Shown here: positions 8,146 through 15,278 of the stretch, in pieces
Position numbering within the stretch: position 1 is the stretch's first letter
Layout: every line of letters begins with the position of its first letter
Assembly: GCA_048940645.1 (NCBI GenBank)
Contig: JBHLOI010000064.1
Coordinates: 1-18,246 of the forward strand
DNA: 18,246 nucleotides
Direction of reading: 5' to 3'
Source of the DNA: Promethearchaeota archaeon
GTDB taxonomy: Archaea > Asgardarchaeota > Lokiarchaeia > Sigyniarchaeales > SOKP01
Program-made: the position numbers and the translations under genes
Notes under the pieces: generated by a model
What the model was told of the DNA's origin: nothing
Databases searched by the model: none
Seen by the model: the letters and a program-made list of their open reading frames with translations, nothing else

Positions 8146-8661
8146 ATGATTATGCACATTAAACATAGACATTATATTCAGAAATCTGAAATTAAGACCG
8201 TAAAAGAAGATGTTTTAAAGCAATATGATGAAACATTTTTGAACCAAGTTTTTCCTAAGAAGTCTAGTATAGAAGTAATTCAAACAGAGAAGGGAGATAC
8301 ATTATTTGTTATTAATAAAGAGTTAAAGCTATGGAAAACTGAAAAGGATGGCTATATACCTGTTTTAACTTTTCTGTTGAATAATGAAGTTAAAATTAAG
8401 ACTATTGTAGTTGATATGGGTGCTATTCGTTATGTTGCGAATGGTGCTGATGTTATGCGTCCTGGAATTACTCAAATTGACCCCTCTATTAAAAAAAATG
8501 ATATAGTACAAATTGTCGATGAAACACATGATCGTGCTATAGCAGTTGGAAAAACTATGTATGATGCTAAGGAGATGGAAACCCGGAAATCAGGTAAAGT
8601 CGTTAAAAATTTACATACTATTCAAGATGCAATATGGGAATTTGAAAAGGAGTTTAGATAA
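8146..8661 (+). CDS. PUA-domain RNA-binding protein (archaeal DUF1947+PUA, MCT-1/Tma20-like)
   Basis: N-terminal KHRHYIQKSEIK, then PUA signature IVVDMGAIRYVANGADVMRPGI, AIAVG and GKVVKNLHTIQDAIW. Confidence 0.92.
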   Translation: MIMHIKHRHYIQKSEIKTVKEDVLKQYDETFLNQVFPKKSSIEVIQTEKGDTLFVINKELKLWKTEKDGYIPVLTFLLNNEVKIKTIVVDMGAIRYVANGADVMRPGITQIDPSIKKNDIVQIVDETHDRAIAVGKTMYDAKEMETRKSGKVVKNLHTIQDAIWEFEKEFR

Positions 8662-8941
8662 ATTCTTCTCTCAGAATTGGTACGAGTATCTTTTTTTGTT
8701 GGATTGAAGAACTATCAAAATCTTCACTCTCAATATCATAAGAATCAAACTGATAACTATTAAAGAGGGTCATAATCATTCTTAAACCACTTTCACAAAA
8801 TTCTCCTTTTTCGTTTCCTTCTGTAAGTTTCATTAATTTTATGATGGAATTCATTTTCCAGAGAATTTTTTCGTTATTAATATTATTTGTTTTAATGAAA
8901 TCATCATACAAATTCATATAAAATTTACATTCACTAATCAT
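8654..8941 (-). CDS. Small hypothetical protein
   Basis: 95-aa ORF with an ATG start in AT-rich DNA. Its 3' end overlaps the PUA gene's 3' end by 8 nt. No recognisable motif. Confidence 0.65.
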   Translation of the reverse strand: MISECKFYMNLYDDFIKTNNINNEKILWKMNSIIKLMKLTEGNEKGEFCESGLRMIMTLFNSYQFDSYDIESEDFDSSSIQQKKILVPILREEFI

Positions 8942-9196
8942 TTTTAATAATACTTTCCCTCTTCTATTAAATCAAAAAATAGTAATCAATTAAAATTTTT
9001 AAAGCAGACTTTTTCATCTAAATATCGTTACCATATAACAAACTTCCACTGGAAATTTTTTTGATATAACCCCAAATAATTCTTCTTTAGTAGTCACCTC
9101 TATTGATTTTACTTTGTGATTTAAATATAAATTATCAGTTTTTTTGATTATGGGTTATCTGAGTGATATGAGAAGATTTAGATCAAATTTACGTAA

Positions 9197-9217
9197 TATC
9201 GAGGTATACTCTCGATA
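9197..9217. promoter_or_regulatory. 7-7-7 palindrome, candidate transcription-factor operator
   Basis: TATCGAG-GTATACT-CTCGATA lies between two divergent ORFs. Confidence 0.4.
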
Positions 9218-9269
9218 ACACACTATTCTATAATTGGGCTTTATCTTATATTATTTGGATACTACTCAA

Positions 9270-9301
9270 GGAGTTATGATACCATATATCAAGATGACTC
9301 C
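9270..9301 (+). other. Predicted bulged RNA hairpin upstream of the ORF at 9335
   Basis: GGAGTTA-TGATA-CCATA-TATCA-AGA-TGACTCC gives a 7-bp stem (one G-U pair), a 3-nt bulge, a 5-bp stem and a 5-nt loop. Confidence 0.35.
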
Positions 9302-9334
9302 GCAGTATATATACAAATAAAATAAAAAGGATGT

Positions 9335-9655
9335 GTGTGTAATAAGATGAGTATGTATAGAAGTTATCTTCTAAAGAATCAATTTTGGGCAAAAAAGGGA
9401 AATGAAAAAGGGAATGATTTAAGCGGAGAGAAAATCTTTATTAAACACGATTCTGAAATAGGAGGTATTTATGCAATCATTAACAATAACGAGAGAAAAG
9501 GAGTAAAGATCGTTGTTAATGGTGAAGAACATTGGTTTAATAATTTTGATAAACTTGATACATTTTTAAGCCGATTAAAGCAGAGAGAAAACGATTTTAT
9601 AAAGATTCTTAAAAGAAAAAATATATCTCAGAAACTCAGGAGATTAGATATTTAA
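9335..9655 (+). CDS. Small basic hypothetical protein
   Basis: 106-aa ORF from a GTG start; downstream ATGs (MSMYRS) may be the real start. It has a beta-strand-like core (KIFIKH, IYAII, VKIVVNG, HWF) and a basic C-terminal helix. Confidence 0.7.
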   Translation: MCNKMSMYRSYLLKNQFWAKKGNEKGNDLSGEKIFIKHDSEIGGIYAIINNNERKGVKIVVNGEEHWFNNFDKLDTFLSRLKQRENDFIKILKRKNISQKLRRLDI

Positions 9656-9756
9656 AGTAATCTTTCTTTCAATATTTTTAATTTAAAGTAAGTGAAATAT
9701 TTGATTGATAAAAATAGATATATTAATTAAAGAACTTAAAATAAAAGTTATTACTA

Positions 9757-9881
9757 TTACTTATCGTTAGATCTTATGTCTCTAATTTTATCCATAAATT
9801 CAGGCGTCATGATTTTGACACCTTCCTCCTTAGCAGCTTCAATGCAACCTTTTATTGCCGTTTAAGAAAAATTCTCGGCAA
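9757..9881 (-). pseudogene. Frameshifted remnant of a PCP_red-like (protochlorophyllide reductase C-terminal-type) small helical domain
   Basis: LPRIFLK (9881-9861) joins TAIKGCIEAAKEEGVKIMTPEFMDKIRDIRSNDK* (9861-9757) if one A is restored in the run cttaaacggca. The result fits the pattern P.F....I.....A.E.G...IT.E.M...R. Confidence 0.55.
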
Positions 9882-10075
9882 AGATTAAGGCTCCAATAAA
9901 ATGATTTTTATTCAGAATTATCAGTCAGGAAAAGAATTCAATTAATCTTATTTATATTGAAATTTCTGTAAAAATTTTACAAATCGGTAATTTTAATTTT
10001 AATTATATATTTCAAAAATAAAATTAAATTAAATAATAACAGTCTTTTTTTTAAATATAAATAGGGGTTATAAAT

Positions 10076-10831
10076 TTGCAAATGGAAGATAATATGGGTT
10101 CAATCGTGTTCATCTTTGCGTATTTGGTAATTATCTGGATATTTCTAATAAAACTCATTATAAAGAGACTTACAAAAGGAAAAACTATTCATACAGATAA
10201 AGCTTGGAAATGGACTTTCGCAGCTTATTTTTTACTAGGTTTTGGAGATCTCTTTCATTTAGGATTTCGCATTTATGTATTTTTCGCAGGCTTAGGTCCT
10301 GATGAATTATTTACAAACCTAGCCATAGGATCTGGATATATAATCTCTGGCTTAACAATGACTTATTTTTACATTGCCATTTTTCATGCATGGTCGAATA
10401 TTTACGGAGATAAATACTCGAATCCTTCTAAGATAAAGATTTTTACTATAATCTTATATAGTGCGTTCATTTTACGCTCGGTATTAATGTTTTTACCTTT
10501 TAATCACTGGTTTGAAGGAGATGCAACTGTAGATTTTGGATTTGATTTTAGAATAATTACAGCTATTCCAATCTATATTGTAGGGATTCTTAGTGTTAGT
10601 TTATTATTCAAAGATTCAAAAGCAGAGAAAAATGAATTTACTGGGATTAATATTAATCTAAATAAAGGAAATTACATGGCTTCAATATGGTTTGTTGTCT
10701 CTTATGTTTCATATAGTATTACGTTATTCTTAGTTGCAATATTTCCATTAACTGGACTTTTTATGATACCAAAAACTATTGCATATTTAGTAGCGTTTTA
10801 TTACCAATATAAAAACATGTTGAACCGTTAG
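10076..10831 (+). CDS. Uncharacterised 7-transmembrane protein (GDxFHL...MIPKT type)
   Basis: About seven hydrophobic segments with embedded polar motifs GFGDLFHLGFR, SGLTMTYFY, LRSVLMFLPFNHW, FRII..IP and GLFMIPKTIAY. The likely start is the ATG at 10082 or 10094. Confidence 0.85.
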   Translation: MQMEDNMGSIVFIFAYLVIIWIFLIKLIIKRLTKGKTIHTDKAWKWTFAAYFLLGFGDLFHLGFRIYVFFAGLGPDELFTNLAIGSGYIISGLTMTYFYIAIFHAWSNIYGDKYSNPSKIKIFTIILYSAFILRSVLMFLPFNHWFEGDATVDFGFDFRIITAIPIYIVGILSVSLLFKDSKAEKNEFTGININLNKGNYMASIWFVVSYVSYSITLFLVAIFPLTGLFMIPKTIAYLVAFYYQYKNMLNR

Positions 10832-10850
10832 ATTTAATAAATCTATCAAT

Positions 10851-10912
10851 TTATTTTTTTTACTTTCAAATCCTTTTTTTAAAAAAAAAAAAATTTGTTT
10901 TTTGTATTTTTT
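10851..10912. terminator. T/A-tract region, probable bidirectional archaeal-type terminator
   Basis: A T8 tract, then T7 followed directly by A13 (10874-10893), then further T tracts, all between two convergent genes. Confidence 0.5.
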
Positions 10913-10920
10913 AACATATT

Positions 10921-11592
10921 TTATTCTAACTTAGGTAAATAAATTCCAATGAAATAGAACAAGAGTGCAAAGAATAAATCCACCTGGGTTATAATCATAA
11001 CAAGAAATGATTGTGTCATCCCGTATATTGTCATCAAAATATAATAAATCAAAAATGTTAGCGCTCCTAATCCGAGAGAAAATAATTCTTTTCGTCTCTT
11101 TGTTGTTCTTTGTCCCATTTTAAAAAAGCTAATAGCTAGGAATAAATTAATTAATAATCCATAGATTGCCATAAACATGTATGTAGTAATAACCGTTGAG
11201 CGCCCCCCATAAGTATAGTTAGATGGTATTAAAATCCAGATCATTAAAGCTACTCCAAGAAATTCTCGAAGATATTTCCATACTTTATTAACTTCTGTAA
11301 ATTGTGCATGAAATAAGAGATTAAAGAGAATTCCTGCAACAATAAACACTTTGCCATACATACTTGCATCATTATAAAAATTAGTGGTTACACCATTTAC
11401 AACTGAATCATAATGTCCAATTAGGTGGAAAGCCATAGCAATTGTAAATGAAATATAATTTAAAACTAAGTATAAAGCTGCTCGTTTTTTATGTTTAAAA
11501 TAATTTACTAATGTGCTAATTGTAAATAATGCTAAGATTAAGATTTCAATAGAAATAATCCAAACCATAATAAAATGTTGATTAGTATCCAT
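10921..11592 (-). CDS. Uncharacterised stand-alone 7-transmembrane protein (HisKA_7TM-like topology)
   Basis: About seven TM segments. Basic loops follow TM1 (YFKHKKR) and TM5 (GQRTTKRRKE), and the C-terminus is YFIGIYLP. There is no cytoplasmic output domain. Confidence 0.82.
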   Translation of the reverse strand: MDTNQHFIMVWIISIEILILALFTISTLVNYFKHKKRAALYLVLNYISFTIAMAFHLIGHYDSVVNGVTTNFYNDASMYGKVFIVAGILFNLLFHAQFTEVNKVWKYLREFLGVALMIWILIPSNYTYGGRSTVITTYMFMAIYGLLINLFLAISFFKMGQRTTKRRKELFSLGLGALTFLIYYILMTIYGMTQSFLVMIITQVDLFFALLFYFIGIYLPKLE

Positions 11593-11701
11593 AATACTAA
11601 AATCAAATTCTTTTTATTTAAAATTTAATTTTTACAAAAAGGTAAATACAATAAAAAATAGCTCTCTGAATAACTTATTAATAAATATAAGTTATTATTG
11701 A

Positions 11702-13327
11702 TTATTTTTTGTAAATTGGTTGAAGTCCGGATTGGAAATGACGTAATCGTAACTTAGCACCACGAGAAACTCTAACTTTGGGAATTTGATCTCGATTCTT
11801 ATATAGTTCCGTAATTGCTGCAACAGCATAATCGATATGTGAAGAATCATAAACATTTCGAGGAACTGCAAATCGTACTAGATTTAAAATTCCTTTTCGC
11901 TCTTCCGGTGTTTTATTATCCCATTCAAAAGCAAAAGGTCCTAGTTCAGCAGCTCTGATACCGTAATGTCTTATTAATTCGATCGTTAATCCAACTCCTC
12001 CAAAATCCTCGATTTTCATATCAGACCCATTAAAAAATTTATCCATGTTAAGATAAACCGCGTGACCTCCCGCTGGTAGAACAACGGGGATTCCATTATT
12101 GGCTAATTTTCGTGCAAACTCCCTTATTTGATGAATCCTACCATTTAAATATGGTTCTTTTATTATTTCATATAAACCTGTGGCAAGAGCAATTATATCT
12201 CGTCCTGATAATCCCCCATATGAATCATTTCCAAAAGTAAGAATTTGTTTTTCTTTCAATTTAATTCCAATATCCCCATCAATTGAAAATCTTCGATGGA
12301 AAGCACCTTTATCTCTAAAAAATAATCCCCCTCCTATATTTGCCAAACCATCTTTTTTAAAGCTTATTGTAAATCCATCAGCATAAGAAAACATTTCTTG
12401 TACAATAGTTGGTATTGATTTTTTTTGGTAACCTGCTTCAAAATTTTTAATAAAAATCGCATTTTCTGCAAAGCGACAAGCATCAAAAAATAAAGGAATA
12501 TCGGATTTTTTGGCAATTTGGCTAACTTCCTTAATATTGTTTAGAGAGACTGGTTGACCAGCAGCAGTATTATTTGTAAGGGTTAAATAAATTAAAGGAA
12601 TATTATTCACTCCTTTCTCTTTAATAAAGGATTTCAATTCTTGTGTTTTCATATTTCCTTTGAATGGATTTCTAGTATCCATTTGATTGGGTGGAAAATC
12701 CTCAAATAAATCATCTGAAAATATATTTACAGGATTGATTCCATTAGCAGATATATTTGCTTCAGTAGTATCGAAATGACCATTGTTAGGAATATAAAAT
12801 TCAGCTTCTCGATTTTTCTTTCTTAAAAGGGGAGCAATTGTTGAAAATAATAAATATTCAGCACACCGGCCTTGGGGTACTAAAAAAGCATTAGGTCGAG
12901 ATAATTGGTGTATACCTCCATTCACAAAACCATTTTCATATGAAGCAAGATAAAGCTCGTCCATGAGCTTTTCAATATTTGTCTCTCCTGAAAGAATTAG
13001 ATTAATAGTTTTTTTAGGATTATTTCCTCTTTCAAATGTATCTCTTATAGCATCTAAGAGAACGTAATATCCTTTATTTCGCCCATATGCTTCATCTCCA
13101 TGAAATAAAGATGACCATTGTAAATCTGTCATAGTAGATGTGCCACTATCGGAAAGAAAATCTAGAACCAACATATCCGCAGGAAAAGAAAACATGCTGT
13201 ATTCAGTGTCTCTTAAAGCATGTTCTCTCTGCTCTTTAGTTACTTCTTTAATGTTTCTTATAACTAATGATCGCTTAGTGGGTACTTGGACTCCCAATTC
13301 ATGCATAGATTTCATTTTATTAACCAA
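11702..13327 (-). CDS. tnaA: Tryptophanase (PLP-dependent beta-eliminating lyase), long form
   Basis: Motifs: DFLSDSGT, GDEAYG, QGRCAE, HFDTT, TNNTAAGQPVS, DACRFAENA, PLP-Lys SFKKDG, YGGLSGRD, GGHAVY and RFAVPRNVY. The specificity positions FDTT, RAAELG and LRHF match tryptophanase rather than tyrosine phenol-lyase (FTTT, MERG, LRFF). The start may be the ATG at 13315. Confidence 0.88.
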   Translation of the reverse strand: MVNKMKSMHELGVQVPTKRSLVIRNIKEVTKEQREHALRDTEYSMFSFPADMLVLDFLSDSGTSTMTDLQWSSLFHGDEAYGRNKGYYVLLDAIRDTFERGNNPKKTINLILSGETNIEKLMDELYLASYENGFVNGGIHQLSRPNAFLVPQGRCAEYLLFSTIAPLLRKKNREAEFYIPNNGHFDTTEANISANGINPVNIFSDDLFEDFPPNQMDTRNPFKGNMKTQELKSFIKEKGVNNIPLIYLTLTNNTAAGQPVSLNNIKEVSQIAKKSDIPLFFDACRFAENAIFIKNFEAGYQKKSIPTIVQEMFSYADGFTISFKKDGLANIGGGLFFRDKGAFHRRFSIDGDIGIKLKEKQILTFGNDSYGGLSGRDIIALATGLYEIIKEPYLNGRIHQIREFARKLANNGIPVVLPAGGHAVYLNMDKFFNGSDMKIEDFGGVGLTIELIRHYGIRAAELGPFAFEWDNKTPEERKGILNLVRFAVPRNVYDSSHIDYAVAAITELYKNRDQIPKVRVSRGAKLRLRHFQSGLQPIYKK

Positions 13328-13537
13328 ATGCTGTTTTTTATAAAGATATTCTCACATAAAAAAAAGAACTCTACTTTAATATTTCTAAATAATTAAGAGA
13401 AGATATTAAAACTTTCTACATTATTAAATTAACCTAAAAATGAATATTTCTCATAAAAAAGAAAAAGAATAACAAAAACATCAACATTTATATTTAAAAA
13501 CATCTCAATTACTTATTAAAATATAAATGGAATTATT

Positions 13538-15217
13538 ATGGAACTTCCAGATTATATAAAAAATCGCTATTGGAAAGATTATTTGCCTCCTGGTATAACT
13601 CTAGAAATAGATATTCCTGAAGACATCTCTCTATTGGATATTTTCAGAAATGGTGTTAAGCAATATGGGAGCAAGGTATCCATGGATTATTATGGAAGAG
13701 AATTTACATTTAATGAGATGGATCTTCTAACAAGGAGATTTGCTAGTGGGTTATACGATTTAGGAGTTAAAAGAGGTGATGTGGTTGCAATTTGGTTGCC
13801 AAACGGACCATATTTCAGTTTTGCATATTTTGCTGCTCTAGGTCTTGGAGCAACCATAACAGCTTTAAGTCCATTATTCGTAGCACGTGAAATCTTATAT
13901 CAACTCGAAGATTCAGGAGCATCTATTTTAATCATGATTGATAGGTTTTTTGGTCAATATGAACGTGTTCAGGATAAATTAAATTTAAAAAATGTGATAG
14001 TTGTGAATGTTGAGGGAAAAGTTCCAGATATCCCAGAAACCGGAAAAGTTATCCACTTTAATACTTTAATGGAACAAAACCCCGAACCTCTTACAGATTT
14101 AAAACTAGGAATAGAAATTGATCCTAAAAATGATATTGCTGTTATTCAATATACAGGAGGAACTACAGGACTTCCGAAAGGTGCTTGTTTATCTCATTAT
14201 AATATTATCGCAAATATGTATCAGATGATGCAAATTACCAATTATATGAAAGAAAAATTCATTAAGGACGAACTTATAGGTGTCTCTGTGCTACCTTGGT
14301 ATCATATATATGGACAGACTTGCGAACTCGCTCAACCACCTCTAGTCGGTTCAAAGGGTTATGTGTTAGCAACTTTCGATATTCCTAAAATTTTAGAAAT
14401 AATAGAAAAATATAAACCAAATTTGATGCTGGGTGTTCCTACTATGTTTATAAATCTTTTAAATTATCCTGGAAGCGAGAATGTTGATTTCAGTAGCTTA
14501 AAATATGTAAATGTTGGAGCTGGATCTTTACCTGCAGAAATCTTTAAAGCATGGAAGAAAAAGACTGGTTTTGAGATGGGAGAAGGATATGGTTTAAGTG
14601 AAACAAGTCCGACAGTAACAAACTCTCCACCCTGGGCAAGGAAGAAATATGGTAGTTGCGGTCACCCTGTAGCAAATACATTGGTGGGAATTATTGATGA
14701 AAATTTAAATTTTTTACAAATTGGAGAAGCAGGAGAATTAGTTGTCTCAGGTCCCCAAGTAATGTTAGGTTATCATAATAGACCTGAAGAGAATAAAATA
14801 GTGCTTTTTGAAGCAGGAGGCTATAGGTGGTTTCGAACAGGAGATTTTGCGAAGGTTGATGAGGAAGGTTATATTTTTATTCTTGATCGTGTTAAAGATA
14901 TGATAAAATATAAAGGGCACAGCGTTTATCCTAGAGAAATCGAAGAGATATTATACGAACATCCCGCAATTTTAGAATGTTCTGTATTTGGCATCCCAGA
15001 TCCTATAAAAGGTGAAGAGATCGCGGCACATATCATTCTTAAGCCTGAGTATAAAGGTAAAATTACAGAGCAAGAAATAACTAATTGGACTAAAGATAAC
15101 ATGGCAGCCTATAAATATCCTAGAATTGTAAAAATTGTAAGATCCTTGCCAAAGAGTGCTGTTGGAAAGGTTTTAAGACGAGTTTTGCGCGAAAAGTCAC
15201 AGAAAAAAAGAAATTAA
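13538..15217 (+). CDS. fadD: Long-chain fatty acid-CoA ligase (FadD-like, ANL superfamily)
   Basis: Motifs: QYTGGTTGLPKG, LPWYHIYG, GEGYGLSETSP, GPQVMLGY, RTGD, DRVKDMIK, VYPREIEE and LPKSAVGK. Confidence 0.92.
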   Translation: MELPDYIKNRYWKDYLPPGITLEIDIPEDISLLDIFRNGVKQYGSKVSMDYYGREFTFNEMDLLTRRFASGLYDLGVKRGDVVAIWLPNGPYFSFAYFAALGLGATITALSPLFVAREILYQLEDSGASILIMIDRFFGQYERVQDKLNLKNVIVVNVEGKVPDIPETGKVIHFNTLMEQNPEPLTDLKLGIEIDPKNDIAVIQYTGGTTGLPKGACLSHYNIIANMYQMMQITNYMKEKFIKDELIGVSVLPWYHIYGQTCELAQPPLVGSKGYVLATFDIPKILEIIEKYKPNLMLGVPTMFINLLNYPGSENVDFSSLKYVNVGAGSLPAEIFKAWKKKTGFEMGEGYGLSETSPTVTNSPPWARKKYGSCGHPVANTLVGIIDENLNFLQIGEAGELVVSGPQVMLGYHNRPEENKIVLFEAGGYRWFRTGDFAKVDEEGYIFILDRVKDMIKYKGHSVYPREIEEILYEHPAILECSVFGIPDPIKGEEIAAHIILKPEYKGKITEQEITNWTKDNMAAYKYPRIVKIVRSLPKSAVGKVLRRVLREKSQKKRN

Positions 15218-15278
15218 AAAATATTTACCTTTCTTCTTATTTTTTGAATTTTGGTTCTTTTCTTTAAAATTAAAAGCA

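Noticed and set aside
9014-9151. Short minus-strand frame (...VTTKEELFGVISKKFPVEVCYMVTIFR*)
   Set aside because: Under 50 codons, with no convincing start and no recognisable motif.
9270-9301. Possible eukaryote-type SECIS element (AUGA...GA)
   Set aside because: The stem above the AUGA is far too short, there is no apical AA motif, and no upstream same-strand ORF has an in-frame UGA.
10076-10831. Microbial rhodopsin, schizorhodopsin or heliorhodopsin call
   Set aside because: A TM7 Lys is present, but DxxxK/SxxxK and the TM3 R(Y/W) motif are absent. Kept only as an uncharacterised 7TM protein.
11702-13327. Tyrosine phenol-lyase call
   Set aside because: The specificity positions (FDTT, AELG, LRHF) are tryptophanase-type.
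12180-13343. Plus-strand ORFs 12180-12386 and 13140-13343
   Set aside because: Antisense shadows of tnaA.
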